Assembly: GCF_000175255.2 (NCBI RefSeq)
Contig: NC_017262.1
Coordinates: 1,950,001-1,982,000, forward strand
DNA from: Zymomonas mobilis subsp. mobilis ATCC 10988
Lineage (GTDB): Bacteria; Pseudomonadota; Alphaproteobacteria; Sphingomonadales; Sphingomonadaceae
Length of the DNA: 32,000 nucleotides
Direction: 5' to 3'
The position numbers and the translations under genes were made by a program. How positions within the stretch are numbered: position 1 is the first letter of the stretch; every line of letters starts with the position of its first letter. A model generated the notes under the pieces. That model was not told the DNA's origin and did not search any database. It saw nothing but the letters and a program-made list of their open reading frames with translations. Of this stretch, positions 1-9,862 are shown one piece after another.

Positions 1-2
1 CG

Positions 3-1526
3 GATCATTGGTGGCATCTTTATGACGAGCCTCAATTAGATAAGCTTATCGAAGAAGCCTTTGCCCATAATAATGATCTGAAGGTGGCGGCCGCCGATAT
101 TACGCGTTCAACGGCCGCCTTGGCACGGGCGCGTGATGCCAAACGCATCGGCACCAATCTGAACACATGGGCAAATTATATCGAATTTTCGGATCAACGA
201 TATTTGGTCAATAGTGTTAATCGACCGCATATCCCCGATGCCTTTGCTACTTCTTTAGACGCTATTATCTCTTATCAGGTTGACTATCTCGGTCAGCTGC
301 ATCGCGCTATTGAAGCGGCGAATGCTGATGAAGAAGCCGTCCGTTCTGCCTATGATATGGCGCGTGTTACGGTAGCCGCGAATACGGCACAGGCCTATGT
401 CGAGGTTTGTGCCACGGGTCATGATATTGCGATTACCAAAGAGCTGATTGCTCTTGCTGAACGTTCAACCGCGTTGATTGCCCGTATGCGCTCGGAAGGG
501 CGCGCTATGACCACGGATGTCAGACGGCAGATGGCACAGGAAGCCCAAATCAAGGCTGCCTTGCCGCAACAGGTTGCTAGAAAACAGGTCGCTCTTTTCA
601 GTCTTGCCGTCTTAACCGGTCGTCCACCGGCAGAATTTCCGGCAGAAGTCGCGAATTGCGAAGAAGAGCCGATTTTGCGTCAACCAATACCGGTTGGTGA
701 TGGTGAAAGCCTGCTTAATCGTCGCCCCGATATTCGCAGTGCTGAATATCGCTTAAGATCAGCCACGGCTGAAATTGGCGTCGCTATGGGTGAAATGTGG
801 CCTAAAATTACTCTAGGCGCCACCGCAGGCTCAACCGGTATGGCCAGCCATATGTTCGGTGGTCATACCAGAGAATTTAACTTGGGGCCGGGTCTTAGCT
901 GGCAGGTGCCTAACCGAAATCGGGCGCGCGCTGAAATTTTGGCGGCCAAATCTGAAACCCGCATTGCTGCGGCTCAATTTGATCAGACTGTTTTAAATGC
1001 GCTGAAAGAAACCGAAGCCGCTCTTACAACCTATACCCATGATCTTGATCATCGGGCAGAGGTTGCCTTAGCCCGTGATCGCGCTGCGGCAGCGGATAAA
1101 GACATCCATCGTCTTTTCTCTCTTGGTCGTATCAATGCGTTACCCGTTCTCGATGCTGACCGGACGCTGTTACAATATGAGCAACAGCTCGTCTCTTCTG
1201 ATGGCAAGATTTCAGATGATCAGATCAGAATCTTCTTGGCATTAGGTGGCGGTTGGTCACGGGATAAAGCCGAGATCGAACGCGAACAGAAGACGGGTAC
1301 GGCGCCGTCACCTCGAATTGTCAAAGCGAAGGGTATCATCCAGCAAATTGGCGATATTACGGGTATTCGTGCTGAAATTGGCAAGGGTGGCGACTTATCT
1401 CACGAGAAGGACGCTCATACCAATAACAGCAACAAAGCACCGGAACCGGTTCAGCCCCCGAAACCTCTGACCAATACGCAAGGGGTTCTCAATGAAGAGG
1501 GCGAATTGGAAAGACCAAAAGAATAG
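3..1526 (+). CDS. RND-type efflux transporter outer membrane subunit (NodT/OprM family), 5' end truncated by window start
   Basis: The frame stays open upstream of the listed ORF start at 84: the window begins DHWWHLYDEPQLDKLIEEAFAHNNDLKVAAADI, typical of the N-terminal mature part of NodT-type proteins. It also contains LLNRRPDIRSAEYRLRSATAEIGVAMGEMWPKITL, a family hallmark. Confidence 0.93.
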   Translation, partial: DHWWHLYDEPQLDKLIEEAFAHNNDLKVAAADITRSTAALARARDAKRIGTNLNTWANYIEFSDQRYLVNSVNRPHIPDAFATSLDAIISYQVDYLGQLHRAIEAANADEEAVRSAYDMARVTVAANTAQAYVEVCATGHDIAITKELIALAERSTALIARMRSEGRAMTTDVRRQMAQEAQIKAALPQQVARKQVALFSLAVLTGRPPAEFPAEVANCEEEPILRQPIPVGDGESLLNRRPDIRSAEYRLRSATAEIGVAMGEMWPKITLGATAGSTGMASHMFGGHTREFNLGPGLSWQVPNRNRARAEILAAKSETRIAAAQFDQTVLNALKETEAALTTYTHDLDHRAEVALARDRAAAADKDIHRLFSLGRINALPVLDADRTLLQYEQQLVSSDGKISDDQIRIFLALGGGWSRDKAEIEREQKTGTAPSPRIVKAKGIIQQIGDITGIRAEIGKGGDLSHEKDAHTNNSNKAPEPVQPPKPLTNTQGVLNEEGELERPKE

Positions 1527-1560
1527 TCATTATTCTTTCAAGTTATTTCGCCTAACAACA

Positions 1561-1596
1561 AAGAAAGCCTGCCATGAAAATGGCAGGCTTTCTTTT
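1561..1596. terminator. Bidirectional intrinsic terminator between convergent genes
   Basis: Perfect 16-bp inverted repeat AAAGAAAGCCTGCCAT-GAAA-ATGGCAGGCTTTCTTT, A-rich on the left and T-rich on the right, lying between two convergent CDSs. Confidence 0.9.
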
Positions 1597-1651
1597 ATCA
1601 ATAAGACTCTATTCGAAAACTGATAGGATTTTCGGCCTAAACAGAACAAGA

Positions 1652-2545
1652 TCACGCAGGAATGGCGACTTTCAAAGCCTTGGTTGAAATTTCTATCGTT
1701 GCAGGGGTGCATCCTCTTGCATCGCCATCGCTTTGTATTGGAATTCTTGTATTAGCCTCAATCTTTACCTTTTCAGCCTTCACAATCTTGATATGCTTAC
1801 AATCAGCAATCTTCCCCATAAAAAAAGCGGCAACCGCATAAAGATAGCTCATTTTGCTAGGCGACTGAAATAACAGGACAGAAAAGGCTTTTTCTTTCTG
1901 TTTTGACCAAGGCAGCAATCTATAATTTCCAGCATAGAAAGCGCCTTTTGAAATAATGACAGCCGTTGCCTTCTCTGTTGCGCGTCCCTCTATTGATACC
2001 AACATTTCATAAAAGGGATATTGCCAGAGAGAGCGTATCGTCTGGAACAGATAGGCTGTTTTACCGATCATCCGCTTTAATCGAGATGAAATATGGTGAA
2101 CAATATGGGCATCTATGCCGATGCCAATCATTTGGATTGAAAGACTTCGTTTCCCGTCATTAAAAAGACAAGCAGGCCAAAGCCTTACCCAATGCCCTTT
2201 GATAATATCAGCGGCATTTTGAATCTCATTAAAAGCTATGGATAATTCATGGGCAAAGACATTGGCTGTCCCAATAGGAAGCACGCAAAGAATAACGCCT
2301 GAACCGACAATACCCTCTGCCACTTCAGCAATCGTTCCATCACCACCAGCGGCGACAATATGGGTGTATTCTCCAGAATCCGCTAACTCTCTCGCTAATT
2401 CAGTCGCATGACCTTGGAAACGGGTTTTTTTTACCAGAACTTCGCAGTTTGCCTTTTCGAGATAATCAACAAAACGCTGCACGGAATGATGCCGTCTTTT
2501 CCCTGCGGTTGGATTAACAATAACCGCAATCCGTTGATTAACCAT
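1652..2545 (-). CDS. Diacylglycerol kinase family lipid kinase (DAGK catalytic domain, YegS/BmrU-like)
   Basis: N-terminal IAVIVNPTAGKRR and VAAGGDGTIAEVAEGI motifs, followed by LPIGTANVFA. Confidence 0.92.
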   Translation of the reverse strand: MVNQRIAVIVNPTAGKRRHHSVQRFVDYLEKANCEVLVKKTRFQGHATELARELADSGEYTHIVAAGGDGTIAEVAEGIVGSGVILCVLPIGTANVFAHELSIAFNEIQNAADIIKGHWVRLWPACLFNDGKRSLSIQMIGIGIDAHIVHHISSRLKRMIGKTAYLFQTIRSLWQYPFYEMLVSIEGRATEKATAVIISKGAFYAGNYRLLPWSKQKEKAFSVLLFQSPSKMSYLYAVAAFFMGKIADCKHIKIVKAEKVKIEANTRIPIQSDGDARGCTPATIEISTKALKVAIPA

Positions 2546-2801
2546 TGATGACGTTACTCCGTTTTGACGGTTTCAATAACGCCCGCTTTTTCTTATCAAA
2601 AGCAATTTTCATCATTTTGTGGAATATAATCCCGATGGGTTATCTCTTTCCACAAAAGTTAAATTTTAAGATTATTGAGAGGTTTTGCTAAAAGACCTTA
2701 ATCCGTCACACTATCCAGAATAAAAAATGCAAAAAGCTGTTCACTATTTCTATCTCAAAAATAGTGATTTTGTTTCAAATAAGATCACAAGCTATCTCTG
2801 C

Positions 2802-3227
2802 TTATAAAAGACCTATGCTATGAAAGCTCTGGCATTTTTTATTCGCAAAAATAAGATGATCCAATAATTTTATACCGGCCATACGCGTTACAAGGGCTAA
2901 TCTTTTTGTTGTATCCCTATCCATATAGCTAGGCGTAGGGTCACCACTTGGGTGATTATGAGCCAGAATAAGACTATCAGCACTCAAAATAATGGCATGT
3001 CTCAAAATATTCCGGATGTCCAAATAGGATGCCAGGCAGTCGCCGACATTTTCTCCGATAACAGCAAGAATATTACCTTCGGCGGTCAGATAAGCGATAT
3101 AAATCTGTTCAATATCTAACCCAACGAAGCGCCACTTAAACAAATCGATCGCATCTTCAAGGCACCGGACGCATCCTTGATAACGCTTCATAATATGCCG
3201 ATCGTCAATGGCAAATGAAAGTTTCAT
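2802..3227 (-). CDS. Short RadC-family JAMM/MPN domain protein
   Basis: 141-aa ORF with HNHPSGDPTPSYMD, matching the JAMM HxH-x7-SxxD metal motif in RadC-like context. The N-terminal helix-hairpin-helix region of full-length RadC is absent. Confidence 0.8.
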   Translation of the reverse strand: MKLSFAIDDRHIMKRYQGCVRCLEDAIDLFKWRFVGLDIEQIYIAYLTAEGNILAVIGENVGDCLASYLDIRNILRHAIILSADSLILAHNHPSGDPTPSYMDRDTTKRLALVTRMAGIKLLDHLIFANKKCQSFHSIGLL

Positions 3228-3400
3228 AATGTCTAATTTATTATGTCTAATTTATTGGTCTTCTTAAAAAATTTGCTAGTAGGATACTATCCATTTTGGA
3301 AATCTTTTTAACAAAATGACGAAAGATAATGTTTTTTATTTTTAAGCGCTGCATTTATGCAGCATTTTTTGCTTCATAATGGATTTTTTCGGAACCTAGG

Positions 3401-3991
3401 ATGAATGATAAATTAAAAAATACATGGCCACGGCTATGGCTTATGACAGACGAACGGTTCGGTGATGGTCTGCTAGAGGCCGTAAAAAAACTACCGCAAG
3501 GTAGTGGCATTGTATTTCGTCATTATCGCTTGCCCTTCAAAATTCGAAAAAATTTGTTCGAAAAAATTCAACGCATAGCGAAGAAACGAAAACTCGTTTT
3601 ATTTCTGGCTGGTTCGGCTCGTCTTGCTGCGGCATGGAAAGCGGATGGTGTCCATGGCCGTTTTTCCAGTCAGAGAACTGCACGCCCCTTACTCCGCAGT
3701 CAGGCCGTCCATAACAGGCGCGATAGCATTATGTGCCGCAAGGTTGATTTCGTCTTTTTATCTCCCCTTTTTTCAACCCGTTCCCATCCCGGAAAGCCGT
3801 TTTTGGGACGTGTAAAATTTCTTCAGCTTAAACGCTCAATTCGACAAAAAGTCTTTGCCTTAGGGGGAATTAACGCCAAAACTATTCGGGCTTTACCCGC
3901 ATGTGATGGTTTTTCGGGTATTGATATCTGGCAAGATGACCAATTTCGCCATCATCGCTTATGGTCTTTTTGGGCGAACCAGCAACGCTAA
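3401..3991 (+). CDS. Thiamine-phosphate-synthase/TenI-like protein (divergent)
   Basis: RLWLMTDERFGD near the N-terminus, ADGVHGRF, VDFVFLSPLFSTRSHPGKPFLG and FALGGINAKTIRAL, which follow the motif order of ThiE/TenI TIM barrels. Confidence 0.75.
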   Translation: MNDKLKNTWPRLWLMTDERFGDGLLEAVKKLPQGSGIVFRHYRLPFKIRKNLFEKIQRIAKKRKLVLFLAGSARLAAAWKADGVHGRFSSQRTARPLLRSQAVHNRRDSIMCRKVDFVFLSPLFSTRSHPGKPFLGRVKFLQLKRSIRQKVFALGGINAKTIRALPACDGFSGIDIWQDDQFRHHRLWSFWANQQR

Positions 3992-4054
3992 TATTCTGCC
4001 CTTGTTATCCAGATTATTTTCCAAAAACCCGAAGGCTTTCTGTATAAAAAGCGA

Positions 4055-4094
4055 AAACAGCCCCTTCCTTAAAAAAGGAAAGGGCTGTTTTTTA
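4055..4094 (+). terminator. Intrinsic terminator downstream of the ThiE-like gene, also facing the clpB 3' end
   Basis: AAAACAGCCCCTTCCTT-AAAA-AAGGAAAGGGCTGTTTTTT hairpin with T tract (one mismatch/bulge). Confidence 0.8.
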
Positions 4095-4097
4095 CAT

Positions 4098-6692
4098 TTA
4101 GGCTGACACTGAATCTTCAGTTTTAAAGATCAGATGGCTGTCGCCTTCATCGACATCGACCGTCTGACCATCACGAATAGTGCCTTTCAACAAATCTTCA
4201 GCCAAAGGATCCTGAAGATATTTCTGAACAGCACGCCGTAACGGACGCGCACCATAGACCGGATCATAACCGACCCGTCCTAACCAAGCCCGTGCCTTGT
4301 CGCTCAATTTCAAAGTGATCTTCCGATCCGCCAGCAAGCGGCAAAGATGCTGAACCTGAATATCGACAATCGGGCCCATATGGCTCTGACCCAAGCGGTG
4401 GAACAGGATGATTTCATCAAGCCGGTTCAAAAATTCTGGTCGGAAATGCGCTCTCACGACTTCCATAACCTTCGGCTCGACACTTTCAACGGGTTCATCC
4501 TCGCCCAAATTGGCTAGATATTGTGCCCCTAAATTGGACGTCAGAATGATAAGCGTATTGGAAAAATCAACTGTCCGACCCTGACCATCTGTCAGACGAC
4601 CATCATCCAAGACCTGCAACAGGATATTGAAAACATCCTGATGCGCTTTTTCGACTTCATCAAACAGGATGACCTGATAAGGCCGCCGCCGCACGGCTTC
4701 TGTCAAAACGCCGCCTTCTTCATAGCCGACATATCCGGGAGGCGCACCGATCAAGCGAGCAACCGCATGTTTCTCCATATATTCAGACATATCGATACGA
4801 ACCATCGCTCGATCATCGTCAAACAGGAAACTGGCCAAAGCCTTGGTTAACTCGGTTTTACCGACACCGGTCGGGCCCAAAAACAGGAAGGAACCTATCG
4901 GACGACTTGGGTCTTGCAAACCAGCACGGGCGCGCCGAACAGCTCGGCTGACCGCTTTGACCGCATCTTCCTGACCGATAACGCGTTTACCCAGCCAATC
5001 TTCCATATGGATGAGTTTTTCACGTTCGCCTTCCAGCATTTTATCAACCGGAATACCCGTCCAACGCGATACGATAGAAGCAATATCCTGGCTGGTCACT
5101 TCTTCGCGCAACATCGCCCCTTGGGCAGCATTCTGGGCATCCGCCAACTGTTTTTCCAGCTGAGGAATAATACCATAGCTGATTTCACCCGCTTTGGTGA
5201 GGTCGCCTGACCGTTCAGCCTGCTCCAAAGCAATACGTGCCTGATCCAGCTTTTCTTTCAAGCGGGCTTCCGCTTTGATTTTATCCTGCTCGTTTTTCCA
5301 ACGTGTCGTCAATTCGGAAGATTGCTGTTCGAGATCACTTAAATCATGCTCAAGCGTCGCCAAACGATCGCGGGAAGCATCGTCATTTTCTTTTAATAAC
5401 GCTTCGCGTTCAATCTTGAGCTGAATAATCCGACGATCAAGATTTTCGATTTCTTCCGGTTTGGAATCGACCTCCATTCTTAAACGGCTGGCGGCTTCAT
5501 CAACAAGGTCGATGGCTTTGTCTGGTAAAAAGCGATTGGTGATATAGCGATTGGATAAAGTCGCTGCCGATACCAACGCGGCATCGGTAATACGAACCCC
5601 ATGATGGGCTTCATATTTTTCTTTCAACCCACGCAAAATCGAAATCGTGTCTTCAACCGTTGGCTCACCAACATAAACCGGCTGAAAACGCCGCTGTAGG
5701 GCAGGGTCTTTTTCGACATATTTCTGATATTCGGCAAGGGTTGTCGCACCGATACAATGCAGCTCACCACGCGCCAAAGCTGGTTTCAGCAGGTTACCCG
5801 CATCCATCGCCCCATCGGATTTACCCGCCCCGATCAGGGTATGCATTTCGTCGATGAAAAGGATGATCTGACCATCCGATTGTTTAACTTCGTCGAGAAC
5901 ACCCTTCAGACGTTCTTCGAATTCACCGCGATATTTGGCACCTGCAATCAGGGAACCCATATCAAGCCCCATCAAAACGCGGTCGCGCAGGCCTTCCGGC
6001 ACATCGCCATTTACAATCCGCAATGCCAAACCTTCGACAATCGCGGTTTTACCCACCCCTGGTTCACCTATCAGAACCGGATTATTTTTGGTTCGACGTG
6101 CCAAAATCTGGATAGTGCGGCGGATTTCTTCATCACGACCGATCACCGGATCCAACTTGCCTTCACGGGCGGCGGCTGTCAGATCACGAGCGAATTTTTT
6201 CAAGGCGTCATAACGGTCTTCGGCGGTTGCGGTGTCGGCGGTTCGTCCCGAACGCAATTCATTGATAGCCGTATTCAACGCTTCGGCTTTCAATCCTGAA
6301 TCTTTGAGGATTTTTCCAACCTGCGTTTCCGGCATCAATGTCATTGCCAAAAGCAATCTTTCAACCGTGACATAGGAATCACCGGCTTTTGTTGCAATCT
6401 GCTCGGCCTGATCCAAAAGACGGACAGTATCGTTATCCAATCCCGGCGGTGTATTGGCACCACTACCCGAGACAGATGGAATCTTGGCCAAAGCCGCATC
6501 GGTATCACGGACAGCTATCATGGGATCGCCACCGGCGCGACGAATAAGGCCGGATGCCATCCCTTGATCATCTTCCAACAAGGCTTTTAATAGATGTTCA
6601 GGCGCAATTCTCTGGTGATTGAGACGAATCGCCACCGTTTGCGCTGATTGAATAAAGCCCTTTGCTCGATCTGTTAATTTCTCAAAATTCAT
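4098..6692 (-). CDS. clpB: ATP-dependent chaperone ClpB
   Basis: [21 protein letters not shown] start, [15 protein letters not shown] and [15 protein letters not shown] Walker A motifs and two AAA+ domains. The annotated ORF start at 6746 appears too far upstream; ATG at 6692 has an AGGAGA Shine-Dalgarno. Confidence 0.98.
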   Translation of the reverse strand: MNFEKLTDRAKGFIQSAQTVAIRLNHQRIAPEHLLKALLEDDQGMASGLIRRAGGDPMIAVRDTDAALAKIPSVSGSGANTPPGLDNDTVRLLDQAEQIATKAGDSYVTVERLLLAMTLMPETQVGKILKDSGLKAEALNTAINELRSGRTADTATAEDRYDALKKFARDLTAAAREGKLDPVIGRDEEIRRTIQILARRTKNNPVLIGEPGVGKTAIVEGLALRIVNGDVPEGLRDRVLMGLDMGSLIAGAKYRGEFEERLKGVLDEVKQSDGQIILFIDEMHTLIGAGKSDGAMDAGNLLKPALARGELHCIGATTLAEYQKYVEKDPALQRRFQPVYVGEPTVEDTISILRGLKEKYEAHHGVRITDAALVSAATLSNRYITNRFLPDKAIDLVDEAASRLRMEVDSKPEEIENLDRRIIQLKIEREALLKENDDASRDRLATLEHDLSDLEQQSSELTTRWKNEQDKIKAEARLKEKLDQARIALEQAERSGDLTKAGEISYGIIPQLEKQLADAQNAAQGAMLREEVTSQDIASIVSRWTGIPVDKMLEGEREKLIHMEDWLGKRVIGQEDAVKAVSRAVRRARAGLQDPSRPIGSFLFLGPTGVGKTELTKALASFLFDDDRAMVRIDMSEYMEKHAVARLIGAPPGYVGYEEGGVLTEAVRRRPYQVILFDEVEKAHQDVFNILLQVLDDGRLTDGQGRTVDFSNTLIILTSNLGAQYLANLGEDEPVESVEPKVMEVVRAHFRPEFLNRLDEIILFHRLGQSHMGPIVDIQVQHLCRLLADRKITLKLSDKARAWLGRVGYDPVYGARPLRRAVQKYLQDPLAEDLLKGTIRDGQTVDVDEGDSHLIFKTEDSVSA

Positions 6693-6719
6693 AATGACCG
6701 TCTCCTGACTTAACAGGCA

Positions 6720-6747
6720 AGATGGGGGCGATATTCGACATCTCAAG
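6720..6747 (-). promoter_or_regulatory. Candidate sigma-32 (RpoH) heat-shock promoter of clpB
   Basis: Minus strand reads CTTGAG-N14-CCCCATCT, nearly identical to the E. coli sigma-32 consensus CTTGAA-N14-CCCCATNT, about 28 nt upstream of the clpB ATG. Confidence 0.8.
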
Positions 6748-6885
6748 TATTCAGATGTAAAAATTTACGATTTCATTTGATGGATATTGTCTGAATATAA
6801 AAAACATGGTTTTATTATAAATCGACATAAAAATTACTTATTATTTTGTTTTATTTATATTTTCTTCTTTAATAGGGGCGGATGG

Positions 6886-9732
6886 GTGAAAAAACTAACG
6901 CGTATTCTGGCATGCTGTATTCTGTCTTCAACTCTGCTAACGCCTCCTGTTATCATGGCGCATCCCCCCATCAAGAAAGCTGAAAACACTTCAGCATTGT
7001 TACAATCACTGGCAAAACAGATTAACTTACCATGGCAAAGTTTTACGCTGCCCAATGGGCTTAGGGTGCTGGTGCATACCGATCATAAAGCCCCTGTAGT
7101 CGGTGTTTCGGTCTGGTATCATGTCGGTTCCAAAGACGAGCCCAAGGGCAAGACCGGCTTCGCGCATCTTTTTGAACATTTAATGTTTGAAGGGTCGCAA
7201 AATATCCAAGGCAGCTTCTGGAAGCCTTTGCGGGAAACAGGTGCAACGGACAGCAACGGCACAACCAATTTTGACCGCACCAATTATTACGAAACAGTTC
7301 CGACCTCTGCGCTTGATCGGGTGCTTTACATGGAAAGCGACCGTATGGGCTATCTCCTGCAAGGCATGACGCAGGAAAAGCTCGATAACCAACGCGCCGT
7401 TGTCCAAAATGAAAAGAGACAAAAAGACAATCGCCCCTATAGCACTGTCGGCTATGCGATAACACAAGCGCTTGTGCCCGAAGGTCATCCTTATCATCAC
7501 GATACGATTGGCTCGATGGAAGACCTTGATGCGGCCAGCTTAGACACAGTGAAAGATTGGTTCCGCGAGAATTACGGGCCCAATAATGCCGTTTTGGTTT
7601 TGGCTGGTGATATTGACATTGATAAAGCCAAGACAATGGTAAACCATTATTTCGGTGCTATTCCGCGTGGTCGCGATATTGTTCATCCAGAAACGCCGAT
7701 TTGGACTTTACCCACCCGTAAAGACGAAGTGATAACGGACAAGGTTGCCCTGTCGAAAATTTATCGGGCATGGAGCATCCCTAGCTATAATAACCCTGAC
7801 TCCATTCCTTTAGATCTCAGTGCGGCGGTTCTAGGCGGTCTAGCCTCTTCTCGTCTTGATCAAATTTTGGTGCATCAAGAGCAGCTTGCCGTCAATGTCA
7901 GCGCCACCACCCAAAGTTTTGAAGGGCAGGGGCGCTTTCTCGTCTCGGTCACGGTAAAACCGGGGGTAAACCCGCAATATGTGTCGCAACGCTTGGATAA
8001 AATCTTGGCAGAGTATCTTGAAAAAGGCGCGACCCAAGATGAAGTCAATCGGGCAGCGATGGATGTTCTTTCAGAAAGCGTCGCGGAATCTGTCAGCGCT
8101 CAAGGTCCCATTCTGGCTCAGGGGCTGCTCTATGCAAAAGACCCCGATTATTACAAAAAAGCGCTCTATGCTGTCGCAACCAGCACAGCGGAAGCGGTTC
8201 AAAAGTCCACACAAAAATGGCTTTCCCGTCCCGTTTATGCTCTGACAGTTTTACCCGGCGAACGCCAAGCCTATCAGGAAAGCCAATCGGGTAAATCCAC
8301 TCCGAAAACTGACAATAATCTGATCCTTCCAACAGCGCCCCAGCCAGCCTCTTCCGAAATAGCTTCACCCCGAGAAGCCTTGCCTGCAGTTGGAAAAGTC
8401 CCTGATGTTCGCTTCCCAACGATTACCCATAGCCAGCTTAAAAACGGTATCGCTGTCAGCTATGCGCAACGTCCAGCGGTGCCTTTAACGACTGTTTTAA
8501 TCAGCTTTGATGGCGGTATTACGGCCGATACGGCCTTACCGGGGACAGAGAGTCTGATGCTCTCCATGCTGACCGAAGGGACAAAAGAGAAAGACGTTAT
8601 CGAGTTATCCAAAGAGAAAGAACGCCTTGGTGCCGTCATCAGCTTCGGGGCAGGGGATGATTACAGCTCAATGACCTTTCTAAGCCCCAGTGTGACCTTC
8701 CGTCAGACAACGGGATTAGCTTCGGAAATGCTGTTCGGCTCGACTTTTCCTGAAAAGGAATTGGCAAGACTAAAGGCCTCGACCTTAGCGAATATGGCAG
8801 CCAGCCGCCAATCTCCGGCATGGCTCGCAACCCGTGCGCTCCGTCAAAATCTCTATGGTGAAGGCCATCCCTATCGCCATCTGGTAACCGAAGAAAATAT
8901 CCAAAAGATAACGCGCCAGAATTTGCTTGATTTCAGACAAAAATGGATAAGGCCTTACAAAGCCCATATATTTATTGTTTCCGATCAATCTTTGGATCAG
9001 ATTTTGCCCGTCCTGAATAATGTTTTCGGGCATTGGCAGATACCCAATGATGCTGGAGAATTGAAGCCAACCTCCACAGCCAAAGCTGGACATTTATCTG
9101 ATATTTTGTTGATTAACCGCCCACAATCACCGCAATCTGTCATTATGGCGGCAAGCGTGCTTCCTCTGAAAGAGAAGGAAGATCAGGATACGCTGTTTAA
9201 TCTTGATGTCGCTAACAGTATTCTCGGAGGCAATTTCCTGTCTCGCCTGAATATGGATTTGCGACAGAATAAAGGTTGGAGCTACGGCGTAGGTAGCCAA
9301 ATCAATGCCAGAACTTTGTCTTCGGAATTTTCGCTCGCAGCCCCCGTGCAAACCAACCAGACGGCGGCGTCAATCAATGCCATTCAAGAGGATATAAATC
9401 ATTTCCTGACGGATAAAGGCATAACCGATGCGGAATTACGGGAAACGGTCACCGGTATTATCAACCGGACACCGGCCGCTTATGAAAAAAGCAGTAATAT
9501 TTTGGGCGGAATGGTTGATCTCGCACTTATGAATCGACCGGACAATTATTATGATACGCTTAATCAGCGATATCGCGCTTTAACCCCTTCAGAATTGGAT
9601 AAAACTGCACGGCAATGGTTAAGCAGTCAGGCTTTGTCATGGGTTGTTGTCGGGGATGCCAATCTGGTCAAACCTCAGCTCGAGAAAAGAGGCCTTTCCG
9701 TAGAACAGGTGGAAAGCGATAAAATAAAATAA
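6886..9732 (+). CDS. Secreted M16 family metallopeptidase (insulinase/pitrilysin-like), paralog 1
   Basis: HLFEHLMFEG (inverted zinc motif HxxEH) in VSVWYHVGSKDE...GKTGFAHLFEHLMF context. The likely start is GTG 6886, giving signal-peptide-like VKKLTRILACCILSSTLLTPPVIMA; the listed start at 6787 seems too far upstream. Confidence 0.93.
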   Translation: MKKLTRILACCILSSTLLTPPVIMAHPPIKKAENTSALLQSLAKQINLPWQSFTLPNGLRVLVHTDHKAPVVGVSVWYHVGSKDEPKGKTGFAHLFEHLMFEGSQNIQGSFWKPLRETGATDSNGTTNFDRTNYYETVPTSALDRVLYMESDRMGYLLQGMTQEKLDNQRAVVQNEKRQKDNRPYSTVGYAITQALVPEGHPYHHDTIGSMEDLDAASLDTVKDWFRENYGPNNAVLVLAGDIDIDKAKTMVNHYFGAIPRGRDIVHPETPIWTLPTRKDEVITDKVALSKIYRAWSIPSYNNPDSIPLDLSAAVLGGLASSRLDQILVHQEQLAVNVSATTQSFEGQGRFLVSVTVKPGVNPQYVSQRLDKILAEYLEKGATQDEVNRAAMDVLSESVAESVSAQGPILAQGLLYAKDPDYYKKALYAVATSTAEAVQKSTQKWLSRPVYALTVLPGERQAYQESQSGKSTPKTDNNLILPTAPQPASSEIASPREALPAVGKVPDVRFPTITHSQLKNGIAVSYAQRPAVPLTTVLISFDGGITADTALPGTESLMLSMLTEGTKEKDVIELSKEKERLGAVISFGAGDDYSSMTFLSPSVTFRQTTGLASEMLFGSTFPEKELARLKASTLANMAASRQSPAWLATRALRQNLYGEGHPYRHLVTEENIQKITRQNLLDFRQKWIRPYKAHIFIVSDQSLDQILPVLNNVFGHWQIPNDAGELKPTSTAKAGHLSDILLINRPQSPQSVIMAASVLPLKEKEDQDTLFNLDVANSILGGNFLSRLNMDLRQNKGWSYGVGSQINARTLSSEFSLAAPVQTNQTAASINAIQEDINHFLTDKGITDAELRETVTGIINRTPAAYEKSSNILGGMVDLALMNRPDNYYDTLNQRYRALTPSELDKTARQWLSSQALSWVVVGDANLVKPQLEKRGLSVEQVESDKIK

Positions 9733-9862
9733 GATATTTATACTATAAATATTGATAACAAAATAATGCAAAGAGTGTTTGACATTGAAAAGAGGCTGTT
9801 GTTTCCTCGGCGCTACGTCCTGTTGTCACGGTCTTTTCTCAATAGATAGCGAGGAGTTTTTC

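Noticed and set aside
1530-1712. 60-aa minus-strand ORF at the terminator between the efflux protein and the lipid kinase gene
   Set aside because: It spans the perfect terminator hairpin and overlaps the 3' end of the lipid kinase gene. No motif.
5757-6299. 180-aa plus-strand ORF antisense to clpB
   Set aside because: Shadow ORF inside the highly conserved ClpB coding sequence, with no independent motif.
7061-7636. 191-aa minus-strand ORF antisense to M16 paralog 1 (also 7180..7500, 10010..10432, 11482..11874)
   Set aside because: All lie antisense to long, well-supported coding frames and have the odd composition expected of shadow ORFs.
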